From positions 188,790,001 through 188,854,000 of the forward strand of contig OZ024743.1 in assembly GCA_964016885.1 (NCBI GenBank): DNA of 64,000 nt, written 5' to 3'. Origin of the DNA: Eledone cirrhosa. Lineage: Eukaryota. Of the stretch, positions 29,542 through 43,420 are shown in pieces. How positions within the stretch are numbered: the stretch's first letter is position 1; every line of letters starts with the position of its first letter. The position numbers were made by a program, and so were the translations under genes. A model generated the notes under the pieces. The model saw only the letters and a program-made list of their open reading frames with translations. It was not told the origin of the DNA and did not search any database.

Positions 29542-30826
29542 GATGAGTGGAAAGCTCCTCCCTAGTTTATTTTTTAAGCAATTATGACATATGGCATCTA
29601 TATTGAAAATTGATTGGTCAAACATTTTCACCTATGGTATAAATGTTTGTGTAAACAAATAATTTTTTTTTCTATTTTAGGCACAAGGCCAGCAATTACC
29701 CACTACATTACTGGTACTTTATTTTATCGACCCCGTAAGGATGAAAGGCAAAGTTAACCGCGGCAGGATTTGAACTCAGATCGTAAAGAGGCGTAACTAT
29801 GCTGGAAAGCATGTCCGACCCTCTACCGATACTGCCAATTCACCGCCCCTTTGTGTAAACAAATAATTGTTTCTACTTTAGGCACAAAGCCAGCAATTAC
29901 CCAGTGCATTACTGGTACTTTATTTTATCGACCCCGTAAGGATGAAAGGCAAAGTCAACCTCGGCGGGATTTGAACTCAGATCATAAAGGGGCGTAACTA
30001 TGCTGGAAAGCATGTCCGACCCTCTACCGATACTGCCAATTCGTGTAAACAAATAATGATATCATTTTCATTATTATACATGCAGTAAATGGAAGAATAA
30101 ATGTTGTCAACTAAAGAAAGAAATTCAATTGTTTTGTTAATGGCATAGTACATGTCTGTAATTATTGTTCAGTGAAAATGGTCAGGTCAACACAAATCAC
30201 CAGTCCCTTAAACACAAAACAATACAAGCTTGCAGAGTAAAATTCAAAGAAACAGGATTAGTACATGGCTTTGACAGAAGTGACCCAGTTTAAAGGAAGA
30301 CAAGAGGAAACAGATTGAAAAATGTTTAAATCATTTGCATTGTCACAAATGAAACAAATGCAATGTTTCTCAAGGATAGTTTACGTGCATGATGGTGCAC
30401 CCAGCCACTGGTCACTAATTGTAAAACAGTATCTGAATGAAAACATTAGAAACTGCTGGATAGATAATAATGGCCCAATTTATTGGGAATGAAGATCCCC
30501 AGATCTTACCCCAATGGATTTTTATTTCTGCGGTCGTATTATGTCTATTGTGCAAACTTTCGCTCTGAAAACTGTTGAAGAACTGAAACAGGCTAACTGC
30601 AATCACCAAAATAACAAAAGAACATCTTGAAGCTGCATCTGACAATTTCGTGAAGAGACTTGATATGTGCATATCTATGGAAGGTGGTCATTTTGAACAT
30701 TTTTCTTAACACTGTTAAACACTTTATATCATGTAATTTAAAAACATAAAGACAATAGATTGCTCGAATAATTTTTGTTATGATTATTTTCAATGAAAAC
30801 TAGGGAGGGACTTTACATTCATCCTG
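29539..30826 (+). mobile_element. Decayed Tc1/mariner-superfamily transposon
   Basis: TA-flanked TIRs caggatgagtggaaagctcctccctagttt / aaactagggagggactttacattcatcctg; remnants DGAPSHW and SPDLTPMDF. Confidence 0.85.
29670..30042 (-). mobile_element. Two tandem tRNA-derived SINEs (Meta-SINE-like core) nested in the transposon
   Basis: Core ttgcctttcatccttacggggtcgataaaataaagtaccagt, B-box gagttcaaatcc; gtgtaaacaaataat occurs three times around them. Confidence 0.88.
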
Positions 30827-31899
30827 TATATATGTGTATGTGTGTATGTGTGTGTTCATATAATAGGTATATGCATAAAACCAAAACAAATGGATGACAA
30901 ATTACTCACAGTGTCATTAGTTCTGGTTTTAAACTCTGTGTTGAAATCCCATCCAGTTTAAGGTTGCTTGTCATTCTTCTGTGGTTAATAAATATAATAC
31001 TAATCATCTATCCCATCTCTCTTGGTATCATCTGTTGCAGTGTAAGGAGCGTCAAGTGGGATCTCACACATATCCCCTTCTCTAAAAGCAAAGACAGAAT
31101 GAGAAAGAGGCTAGCTACCAAATCTCTTCTATTTTTCTACTGGAAACCCCCAAGAAGAGAAGGGAATTAATGTAAAACTAAGAAAACAAATATATACTTC
31201 CATATATTATGTCAATTATTCATGTTTGGTTTTTGCATATATTATTCAAAAGGTAGAATAAATTAAGAAAGAACTTAAAAAACTCAAATACTGGACTCAA
31301 AATATTTATTACTGACATTGGGTTTGTGCTTTCTCTTCATATTATAAATTTCAAAATTACAGACAAACTATTACTTATTGTATATATATGTATATTCCTG
31401 CTTGATGAATCAGTGAATCAGTGAAATATCATTGAATATTCAAATGAATGAATCTTGAAATTAAACAGGAAATAACACATGAATAATAGAAAGTTCTGGC
31501 TGAGAAAACTAGATTATTGGAAACAATTGCATATATTAAGTTTTATTTTTTCATATATTTATGTTTTCATTCATGGTTCAAAGTTGGAAAGTTAAAAAAG
31601 ATAACATGAAATATAGAAGCAGAGAAGAAACATGAAAGAAAAGATAAAAATACCCATAAAATATAGAAGTAAACAAGAAACATTAAAGATGAATATAAAA
31701 ATTAGAATGCTTAAGAAAAAACAAAGAAAATATATATTGTCATGAGAATATTTCCCTCAGACGTATTGTTGAATGGAATATAAGATAGTTTAGTTACAGA
31801 CATAGAGTCTATGAAATTTAATTCTTAATGGGTCTTTTTCTAAGAGGAATTTATTATATAAAATTAGTTGAATTATTATTATTATTATTACTATTGTTG

Positions 31900-32665
31900 T
31901 TGGTGAAGGATTAATGGTATAGGTAGAACATCTGGATGAAGTATTTTGCAGTATTATACATTCTGAGTTCTAAACTTGTCAAAGTCAACTTTGCCTTTCA
32001 TAAAGTACCAGCTAAGAACTGGGGTTAATATAATCAATTTCACACTTCCCAAAGTGCTAGAAATGTTTGAATGAAAAAATAATTATTATTGGTGTTATTG
32101 TTGTTATTATTGGCAGTATCGGTAGAGGGTTGGATGCCATGCTTTTCAGCATAGATTTATGGCCCTTTATGGTTTGAGTTCAAATACTGCCAATGTTAAC
32201 TAACTTTGCCTTTCATCCTTAAGGGGTCGATAAAATAAAGCCGTAGTAACGTACTGGAGTCAATTTAATCAACTTTCTCCTCCCCACAAATTACTGGCTT
32301 TTTGCTTATTCTCAAAATCATTATTATTGTTATTATTATATTGGCAGTATTGGTAGAGGGCTGGACGCCATGCTTTCTAGCATAGTTACGTCCCTTTACG
32401 GTCTGAGTTCAAATCCCGCCGAGGTTAACTTTGCCTTTCATCCTTACGGGGTCGATAAAATAAAGTACCAGTAATGTACTGGCTAATTGCTGGCCTTGTG
32501 CCAAAAGTAGAAACAATTATTATTATTATTTTTATGGCAGTGGATTGGAAGAATCACTGAAGTGTCAGACAAAATGTCATTGTGGTATTTGTTATGGCTC
32601 TTTACATTTTCAGTTCAAATCTTGCTGAGATCAACTTTGCCATTCATCCTTCTGGAGTTGGTAAA
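31900..32665 (+). mobile_element. Cluster of four same-orientation SINEs of different ages
   Basis: Repeated ggcagtat.ggtagag...gagttcaaat...ttgcctttcat units separated by (TTA)n. Confidence 0.8.
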
Positions 32666-32669
32666 ATAT

Positions 32670-33790
32670 GAAAACAACTATAAAATAACAACAATTGAAC
32701 TTGAAAAAGATTTAGAAGTATATAGAGGAGGACTGATAAATGTAATAAAGAAATATGAACAAGCATAAAATCTCTTCTATATAAAAGGTTGAAACAATAT
32801 ATTTAATTAACATCACAACAAAACATGACTAAGTAGGCAAGAAACATCATGAAAATTGAATTACAAAGCACACAAAGGGTGAAATGGAAAGAAAAAACAC
32901 TCCATGGCCAATATCTCAATAAACAAAAGCAAGAAGGCATAAGCCAAAGTGAAAGTCAACAATGGATCGAAAGCTCCAGATTTAAAACAGAAATGGAATG
33001 ATTGATTCTCACTGCAAAAGACTAATGTCTGACCAGAAAAATCAATAAGAAAAATATAATGATTCCTACTATAGGCATAAGGCCAGCAATAATTTTTTCT
33101 GGGTGGGGTGGGGTGGGGGCAGTCGATTAAATCAACCTCCGTGCATTACTGGTGCTTTATTTTATTGATCCCTAAGGATGAAATGCAAAGCTAACCTCGG
33201 CAGGATTTGAACTCAGAACGTAAAGGGTTGTAACTCTATGCCACAAAGCATATTATCTGACATTCTACCAATACTGCCAATCCAAAACGATATAAACAGA
33301 TCCTTACATCAAATGAAGAAAAAGCGCTCAGCACAATGAGACAGTTGACTACATTATCTCTAGATGCCCAATCTGTATAAATACACAGACTTGATCAAGA
33401 TAGCCATTATATCCACTTTACAATATGCCAACAATTCAACATGAAAACAGACAAGTGGTATAAATAGATTTCTGACTACATCATCTGGAATTCAAACTGA
33501 CAAAGAGATCAAGACAAACCATCCAAATAATATTCAAAGACTGGGAAAAAGCATGTGCACATTGATAGACATCCCAGTCCCTTCAGACTCAATTGTCTGC
33601 ACAGAAGTGAAAAAGCTGTCAACATACAAAGTTCTTGAAATTGAAAAATAAAAGATGTGGGCATGAGAGGGAACAGTGCTAATAATAATTATAGGTCTAA
33701 GTATATTAAAAAATATGAAAAAACATAAAAGCCACACCAGAATTTACAACACAACACACTATCACAAAAATAGCTCTGAAGGAATAATTT
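32670..33790 (+). mobile_element. Decayed R4/Dong-type LINE C-terminus, interrupted by a SINE at about 33065-33283 (-)
   Basis: Remnants LHGQY, LILTAKD, ETVDYIISRCP, LIDIPVPSD, KLSTYKVLEIE..MW of a restriction-like endonuclease. Confidence 0.7.
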
Positions 33791-33921
33791 GTTTCCTATG
33801 TAAGATATTATTGATTCAATAGTGCAGCTCAAATAGAACTGTCTTTCCATACAACATGCACCCTATACATTAAACATGAAATAAAATAAAACCAGACAAC
33901 TCACACAACATGTACTCTACA

Positions 33922-34082
33922 ACAGGCGTGTCAAACTGAGAGTCCCCCGAGGGCCACATGGGTCATGTGTTGTCTGAGGGCCACACACGGCAACTAATTG
34001 CACACATTACAACTAATTTTACGAAGATAAAACATGCTTGCGCTGTTTAAACCTTTGTGCAGGCCACATGCGGCCCGCTGGT
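33922..34082 (+). mobile_element. hAT/Charlie-like terminal fragment
   Basis: caggcgtgtcaaac terminus followed by repeated gggccaca motifs. Confidence 0.5.
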
Positions 34083-34418
34083 CACATACACCATAGATTA
34101 TGTATACTGTTAAATTTTATTCATTGTGAAAATTTCATTATTATTTAAATTGAAAATGAAGACAGAGACTTAGATAGCAAAATGTTCTTAATTACATTTT
34201 ACTTTTGCAATTCTTTGTATTTAATTTGAAAATTTCTTTATTTCATGAATATTTTTTTCTAAAATTTGAAGAAAGATCTCTAAATTCTGAGTACATACCT
34301 TTGTACTGTTCTTCTTTCTAAAGTTTTCAAAATTGAATAATTGTATTGTGTATATAAGGAAAAATTCATAAACATTCTAATTCTTTTAATGCAGACCATC
34401 AGTAGTTTCCTTAGACTT

Positions 34419-34453
<35 letters not shown>

Positions 34454-34762
34454 ATGTGTGCGTTTGTGTATGTACATATATGTTTTTCTGTTAATCTACA
34501 AATTCATAATACCCTTGTGTATTTGTCCATCACAAGAGATGACTGAGGAAGTAAGGGGTGTTAACAAACTTAGAAAGGAAGGTGTGATAACGTCAACTGA
34601 GAAAGGAAGGGGTGATAACATCGACTTAGGAAGGAAGGTGTGGCAGCATCCAATATTCGCTATATCTGTGTGTGTCTATATGTACAGTGAATTGGCTACA
34701 CATATTGGCTGTTAGGAATATGTGTGTGTTTGTGTGTGTATATGTCTGTTTGTATAAATTAT

Positions 34763-35520
34763 CATCATCATCATCATCATCAACGTTTAACGTCCGTGTT
34801 CCACGCTTGCATGGGTTTGGACGGGGGTAGTCCCACTTGAGGCAAGAGTGATTGTCTTGCTCGCATAGGACTGTCTGGCAGGTTTTCTACAGTTGGATCC
34901 CCTTCCTAACACCAACCACATTTACAGTGTGGGTCTGGGAGGTTTTTACCGTGTTGCCTACACGGCCACATTACAGCGTGGACTGTGTGTATTTTTGTTG
35001 TGACACCTACACGATCTCATTTGTTTCGGCCTGGATGGCGCGGCACCAACATAACTTTACATAGAACGGGGTGGTGTGGATGGGGTGGGGGTGGTGGCGG
35101 GACGGGGTGTATTTTGTTAGAGATGCCTACTGGCAAGGCGGGTCTTCTCTGTTACTGAGTACCGCCAAAGGTCTCGGTCCAGTGACATTGTCTTGGAGAG
35201 GTGTAAGTGTGTGAGGTCGGAGTTTATCAGCTCGTCCCAGGTTTTTCTAGGTCTGCCTATTCCGTGGCTACCATCTATCTTTATTGCCCTGCACTTTGTT
35301 ATACAGCTATCGACTTTCATGCGCATCACGTGTCCATACCAACGTAGCCTTCTCTCGAGTAAACAACATCTGATCCCTCTTATCTCTAATTTTTTCCTTA
35401 GTTCGTTTATGCTTTGCCGTTCACGTATATTACTGTTATACATGTAGGTCTCACTGCCAGGTCTCACTGCCATGCAACATTGCTGTTCGTATGCAGGCAT
35501 CGTACAACCTGCCTTTCATA
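34763..35520 (-). mobile_element. RTE LINE 3' fragment (family of 8727-9568)
   Basis: Near-identical reverse complement with a small deletion/duplication near 35445-35470. Confidence 0.92.
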
Positions 35521-38328
35521 TATAATATTTGTGTGGGTGTATGTGTGTTTTTATTTAGAATTACAAACACATACGAATCTACACATATATATATATATAA
35601 ACAGACACACTTTAAAAACATAATTATTACATACACACACATCTATGTGATGACTGATGAAGGAGGGTGGATAAGAAACTATAGAGGTCAAACGTTCTAA
35701 GATTTATCACAGTGTGTGTGTATGTTTGTATCACTTCTGTGAGTGTGTGTAGGAATCAACCAGCCAACCAGCAAATAAACAGACATCTCTTTTTTATATT
35801 ATGTGTACATATCACAATTAGCCATCATTTTTTACAGCACGGGGCCAGTCTGTATTTACATAATAGCTGTTTTCTGTATTTCCTAAATGAAATATATAAT
35901 AATGAAATAATATTTTTTTTTACTACTAGCATGACCTTTGGCCCAACCTGTATATATCTACTGCATAATTACTGATTTTGTTGTTCTTTAGCCCCAGGTC
36001 ATCCCTGAAATAGCAGCTGGATTATCAAAGGTAATTCAGCCTTTAACTTTGCAATCTTTTTGTTACATCATGTACTACAATGTCCAATTTATGCTTCTTT
36101 ATATAAAACAATAGAGTGTAACATGAAGGACATTTGGCTACAATATCTAGCAGGTTGGGTAACCCACATTAAGGCTCCCATGTAAAGAGTCACATGTATA
36201 TCTTTCACATAGAGGCTCCTGCATATGGAGCAACTAACACTTTATTTATATAGCTATGTACTGAATATTTTTGTTTCTCTTTATCTGGTAGCCAGTATAG
36301 TACTACTGAATAAGTATTGACTGCAATATATGTTTTCTTAAACATGTTTATTTTAACTCTTAACATCCAGGAATATCTTAAAACGGGTTTGTTAATTCAA
36401 ATGTTAGTAATATCTTTAATATTGGACATCATTATGAAAATTTGCTGTAAACCAAAGTAAAGATCTAAAATTTAGATATTATGTAGCATTTATATGGTCA
36501 TTTGACCTGCCTGAAATAATCTCTTTACTCACACCCAATAATTTAAAATAGGTATGTCAGCATTAAATGTAAAACAAAATCCATTAATCCAAACATGTAT
36601 GTATATGACTCATAAAAACACTCACAAATACATTCAAACGTATAGATACACACCAACATATACTTACTCAGCTAATAGGTTACCATTTCATAACACAGTA
36701 ATAAGGGAATATTATTTTACTTTCACGGAATCATTATCATCATCATTTTTACATCTAATTTTCCATATGGAATGTGTTCAACCGGATATTTAGAGAGAAT
36801 GCTTTATAGTTGGATGCCCTTTATGATGCCAATCCTTTTAGTTATCTCTTATAACATGCAAGGATACAATGTATCTACTCTAAATATCAATTATACTCAG
36901 CAAATATTTCATTTCTTGTCTTTCTTAACTATGTCATAGAAAATATTCTGTAAGTTACATTCACAACATTATTTCATTTCTCATTTGGTATGTCACCAAC
37001 GTTCTTGTGTAGATATATTAACATTGCAATCAGTTACAATTTCTCTATCCTTTGAAATCAATATGACTAATCAATAAGATGGATAGCTTTGATTAGGAAC
37101 AAGTCAAATTCATTCTGTATTATAATTTCAGCTACTCACAGTCCCACTCTTCCAAAACACTTTGATTGATTCATGCTTTTTAACCCTTTTGTCAAAGAAT
37201 ATCTTGATGAGATCAAAATATAGAGAGAGGAAAAATACATGTGTAATTCTAAAGGCTATGATTTATGAAGAGGAAAGTTAACAAATATGAAAATTGTGAA
37301 TTATCTGACCAAGTTTGAAGATCAGTGACCAAGTAACAATGAAATATATGGTGAGATAAATGTATGACATTAAATATATCTTTATTCATGAGACATTCAA
37401 ATATAAAACTAATTCTATGAATTTGCAATTGATGGAAACCAAATGCAGATTAGAAGTTGATCAAGTCTGTTGATATTTCCATACTTCAACCTTATGAAAT
37501 TAATGCAATCTTCAAATAACTTAGCAGGACAAATCTAATGCAGACAGTTACTGAATTAAGTATTCATTAAATAAGAATAATATAACTTCAGAGTATTGTT
37601 GCCATTGCTGTGTGTTATAAGGTTGTTCCTTTCTTTTTGTTTATTTTTCCTTATTTTCTAGATGAGGTTCATTACAGGACATAATGCTTTGCTGTTGTTA
37701 ATAATATATGTCTATTCCTTTACTGTTTTCATTAATTGGATTGCAGCTTTGCTCATAGACCTGGTACTTATTTTATTGATCACGAAGAAATGAAAATCCA
37801 AGTGGGTCTTAGTTGAATTTGAAACCAGAACCTAAAGAGAGTTAAGCAAGTACCTCAACGTATTTTGCATAATGCTCTACCAATACTGCTATCTAGAATC
37901 AAGTCTTTCAACTTACTACTTAGAGTTATATCATATGGCTGATCATATTTTTCTTAGTGAGTCAGCAGGGTGAAGGATTATGTGGAGATCTTTCTTGACC
38001 CCTTCAATGTAACTAATTTTATGAGAGAGAGAGAGGCAGAAGTAGTGAAAGGAAAAGATAGGAAGGGAATACAACTTCTGTACTTGGCTTGTACTTTATT
38101 GCACCTGTGAAGATGAAAGTCGAAGTCAAACTTAGTTGTATTTGAACGCAGGCTGCAGAGAGCCATAACAAATACTTTAAGGTATTCAGTCTATCCAATG
38201 TTCTAATAACTCTGTCAACTGATTAACAGATTATATTGTAGAACATTACAAAATGAAAAAAAAACTCTTTTAATCTATTGAGAAACATATTCACAAAACT
38301 ATAGTGTTTAAAAGAACGAAATTGATTC

Positions 38329-39056
38329 CATCATCATCATCATCATCATCATTATCATCATTTTACATCTGCTTTTCCCTGCTTGCAAGGGTGGGACAGG
38401 TCCTTTTCAGCACAGCATCTCTCCACTTGTCATGGTCCTTCGTCATCTCCTCCATGAGCTTCAGCAATCTCCGTTCTGCTCGCACCACCTCTGCCCATGT
38501 TTTTTGTGGTCTTCCTCTACTGCATCTTCCTTCTACTGGGATTTTTTGGCACTTCTTTACCCAGAGGTCATCCTCCATGCACATCACATGTCCATACCAT
38601 CTCAGTCTTCTCTCCCACACACCACAACTTATCCCTTTTATGCACATTGACATTGCACATCCAACGGAGCATGCTTGCTTCATTTTTCTCCAGCCGTCGC
38701 GTATCTTCTGTAGTTGCTGACCATGTCTCACTACCATGCAGCATTGTGCATCTCACACAGGCATCATATAACCGGCCTTTCATATGCAGAGAGAAATCCT
38801 TCTTTGTCAACAAAGGAAGCAGCTCCCTAAACTTGTTCCAACCTGTCCTTATTCTACTATGGCCTCGGACCCCCCCCCCTCTCCTATGTTAATCTTATCA
38901 CCTAGGTACCGGAAGCTATCAACCACTTCTATAGAACCCACCTGAATTTGGAAAAATGTGTCTATCACTGCGATTACTACTGTCAAATTTCCCTGTACAT
39001 CTACTGCATACGTAGTTTTCCCTACCTGTTAGTTTGCCTGCTATTCCACTACATCT
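38329..39056 (-). mobile_element. RTE LINE 3' fragment
   Basis: [37 protein letters not shown]; (CAT)n tail. Confidence 0.9.
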
Positions 39057-39445
39057 GTATTATAATAGATGAATCATAGAGTACTAGCTTATCATTGGTA
39101 AATTTTGTTATGGAGTAATGAAAAATATTTATCATCAGAAAGCCTTTATCAATCCTTTTTTGTATATGAATCATCAAAGATTGTAGATGCTGTAAAGGAA
39201 ATCAACTTAGTCAATGGTATAAGTGTTAATGTGTTACATAAAAGCACAACAACCTAAGTAATAAATCAGTATTATATTGTCATGCAATTCACCACAAAAC
39301 ATACATAGTAAAGGAATCATAAAACTGACAAGAATTTTAATAGATTCATGTGTTATGTTTAAAACCCACGTATAGCAGAAAAAAATCTTTCAAATCACAG
39401 GTAAACGTATACTAATTTAACAACCACTGAGTGACTTTGCATATA

Positions 39446-40679
39446 CAGGATTTCTTAGTTCTTAGAGAACGTCTTTTAATAGCTCTAACTGTTTTCTAAC
39501 TTGTTCTAATTATTATTTCTTTGAGATAAATGGTGACAGACATCAAGCTATCTCAGCAAATGAAAAGGCACACTGTAATAATCGCCTTAAATTCAGAGCA
39601 TAGTGATTTAGATATTTCATGCTTCCTGTTGTTTCTTTTCAAATTTTGTAAAGGGCTGCAAACTGTTGACAGGGATTCTACAGCAGTAGCCAAAAATAAC
39701 ACTCATGTTAAGGGTCCTAATACTATCAAAACACCTAAATTTGTATGAAAGGTGTAGCAAATTATGGATAAGGAATCCAGAAAACAATTTACACTATTGC
39801 TAAGAAGCTCAAGTTTTCAAGGCACATTATTGGAAGAATTTGTGCATGAAGATCTTCGATACAAGTCATATCAGATGCAGAGAGTCCAATTCATGTCTGG
39901 AAAGACAACTGATAACTATCTGATATGTGCAAAATGCTTGTTAAGCAAGCTGAATTATTAAGAGCATGGAATGCTTTGATATTTTTGGGGTGGTGAGAAA
40001 AACTTTGATTGATTGGGATCAAAAAGTCATCTGAATGAATGACTGATGGATATGTAAAGAGACCAAAGATGTTCTGCACACAAAGCTTTTGGCAAATGTG
40101 ATTGTTCTGGGAGACTTGAGCAATGAAGGAGATGTCATACCTTCTTACTTCTTTCCTCAGAACTTAGGGCCAATGTTGCTGACTTTAAGGTGTTGGAGAG
40201 GGTTGTGAGGGTTTAGATAAGAGTGTGAACAAAAAAAGACCATACATCTACCAAGACTCTCACTGTCTCATAAGGCCAAGACAACCTAAGAAAGGGTGAG
40301 TGACAATCTCCATGACCACTTCACTCCAAACATATGGCCTACAAGCATTTCAAACCTGAATCCATCAGACTATTATGTAAGGAGCATAGTCAAAAGGGAA
40401 GTCAATGAATACCCACATAACACTATGCTTTCTCTGGAGTCCATCATAAATGGCACAACGTTCAAAATAAATAAGTATCATCTGATATGGGCCTTTCAAC
40501 CGTTGAGATCTTGTATTGAAGCAGTCATCGATGCTAATAGCAGCTGCATTGAACAAATATATCAAAATGAGTCTCGAAATTATTCAGGCCAATTTTGTTA
40601 CAAATAAAGCTCTTCTTTTATGGCTTATGCATCTTCTACTAAATACATGTAAATGTCTTCAAAGAACTGAGTAACTCTG
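39446..40679 (+). mobile_element. Decayed Tc1/mariner-superfamily transposon
   Basis: TA-flanked imperfect TIRs caggatttcttagttctt / aagaactgagtaactctg; IWPTSISNLNPSDYY resembles WPxxSPDLNPxDY; about 1.23 kb. Confidence 0.75.
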
Positions 40680-41544
40680 TACTAGTCAAACATTCAGAAA
40701 TCTTGTGATGTCCATACGATTGTAATTAATTTCATTTATGTATTTTATATTAGGAGAGTTCCATGGTTACAGGTTTCCAAAATACTAACTACTGGTCATT
40801 CTGCTGATGACAGTAACAAGTTTATGTCAGTGGACTTTTCTTTTCTCATTGCTGCTTATATCTTCCACAGATATAAAACAGCAAAAGATGTGCACATTTA
40901 TATATACATATAAAATGTAATAAGTTCTTTAGCTCAATGTTCAGAGTAACAGAAGTTATCAACTTCTACAGAAGATTATTTGGATTGAAAATTGTTTATT
41001 TTAATGTTTTTCTTAATAGCAAGAGCAACAGTGAAATAAATTATTTCCAATCAAAAGAAAACTCCATTAAATGTGCCATATAATTTAGTCAAAAGGATGT
41101 GCATAATTGTTTCCTATACAAACCCTCATGATATATGACTTCAATAACTAGAGATACTCTTCAATACATCTTATCCCCCAACTTTATAAAATATGAGAAA
41201 ATAACAAGCCAAGACAATTGATACTTGGATACTAAGATAAACAAGACAAAATAACATTCTGAAATTGAAAGGGCTATCACACTCCTAGAAACAATTAATC
41301 TTACAATATTATTTTGCAAAATGTACTGATAATGCAGAATGCAGCCAGGATGAATGGAAGTTTACAAATGCATTGTATTATACAATAATTATGGTTTCTG
41401 ATTTAGGTACAAGGCCAACATATTTTGGGAAGGGGAAGTTGATTTAATCGACCTCAGTACTTTATTTGTACTTTATACTATTGATCCCCTGATGATTAAA
41501 AGAAAATGTAATATCTACCAACATTATCAATCTATTGCACTGCA

Positions 41545-43420
41545 TATACAGGCATCATATAATCTACACTTTAATTGATGAGAGAACCCCCTTTGTAGTC
41601 AACAGTGGCAGCAGTTCTCCAAACTTTTTTCACCCTTTTCTTATTTTGGCTCCCATAATCTCAAAGCAATCACCTAGGTAACAGAAGTTATCAACTACTT
41701 CTATGGAACATTATATGGATTGAAAATTGTTTACTTTAAAGTTTTTCTTAATAGCAAGAACAACAGCGAAATAAACTATTACCCATCCAAGGAAGACTCC
41801 ATAGAAATGATTGATAACTTCAGCAATATACAGAATTTCTCTTCTCTGTTAGCTAGCCTTTGATACTACTTGTTCTCTTGTGCACCCAATATTTATACTG
41901 GATTCACTAAATGGAGTTTCTACATACTACTTTTCTGCAAATTGAGCAGAGCCATTTTCCAGATGGTAGCATAATCATGTCTTCTTTCAAATTTATTAAA
42001 ATTTTGTCTTTGATAAGTTTACCCTAAGGCTTTTTAATTCTAGGTTTAATTTCCATTTCTGAAACTTCTCTAAATTTTTTGCAGATTCAGCTATATGTAT
42101 CAGCCCATCAGCATATATGAGTGGCCATGAAAAGTCAATTTTAAACACCTTAGTTGTTGTCTAGGGCACTATAGTAAGCAGGAATAGGCTGGTGATAATA
42201 TACACCCACTTGTACATTGAACTCATCACTAAATTCATTGCTTTCTTTCACTTAACTGACAACACTTCTGTATACATTTGAACTGCTTTCACAAGCCACT
42301 CTGCTACACTTACTTTTCTTAAAGATCACCAGGTGACATAATATGGCACTCTGTCAATGACCTTTTAGACATCAATGATACTTAGCTAGGAACATTATTG
42401 TAGTTGTTGCATTAAGAGAAGGGCATTGGTAGCAGTCCTTCTTGGCACAAAACAAAACTGCATCTCATCTAGTTTAATTATTTTCATAATTAGTTTTTTT
42501 TAAACCCTTTTTGCAATTTTCATAACTTGAACAATTAGTTTATTACCTATTTAGCTGCTTCTAGAGTAGAGTTTCTCAAACCTTTTGGGGCACCACCCCA
42601 CTCACAGCCATGTAAATCCCCTCAGCACCCCCATCCCCTATTTCCAGAGAGACCTGTATACACACACATTGTAAATAATATATAATAGATAATATAATAT
42701 ATATTATGTATAAATAATATTAGATATTTTTTATTTTCTATATTTATATATAATATGTATCATTTGATATTTGATATACTATTATCTCATATATATACAA
42801 TACTATGATAATATAAATAATAAATTCATAAGGTCCTACCATCTCCTTTGGCCCCCAGTGCCCTCCTGGATCTTCTCAATGCCCCTTGTAGGTAGTATCC
42901 ACTTTGAGAACCTCTGTTCTAGCGCATCCTATTTTCTGATGAAGAAAGTAATTATTACTATGCTATGACACAATCACATATCTACATGAGTGACCTACTT
43001 CCTTGGATGCTTTCAGTATTTTAGAAATTATCTCTGATAGTGCAGCAGCTTTTCACTTTTTCATATATGATATCTTTTGTTTACTATACTTGTTAACTGT
43101 AGTAGCTGGTTGCTCTACTTAGTTTAGTGGACGTAGTCCTTCCTTTTACTCATCCTCTACATTTTACAAACTCTCATTGTAACATTTTCAAGCCACTTTC
43201 CTCTGAGCATATAGGAAGCTATGAGCACCAGTATCATTCAGAACTCTTTTCTCAAATGACACTTTAATTGACACTGATACACAGCTTTGCAATGCAAATC
43301 CTTTCTTTACAAGAAATTGGCAAATCTGTAGCTTTCAGCTCCCCTACATGCTGTATATAAACTTACTGTCTAGCTTTTCTTTTAGCTATTTGATATTGTT
43401 ATTTGCTGTTCCTTTTCGTT
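41545..43420 (-). mobile_element. Old RTE LINE RT region
   Basis: Minus-strand remnants MQFCFVPRRTATNA, VQVGV, WPLIYADGL; segment similar to the 1-810 family near 41670-41705. Confidence 0.7.
42567..42916. mobile_element. hAT/Charlie-type MITE nested in the old LINE
   Basis: TIR tagagtttctcaaa / tttgagaacctctg; TSD ttctagag/ttctagcg. Confidence 0.82.

Noticed and set aside
40947-41070. Direct duplicate of about 120 bp of 41678-41800 (and tandem pair at 46835-47092)
   Set aside because: Old, diverged local duplications with no further structure
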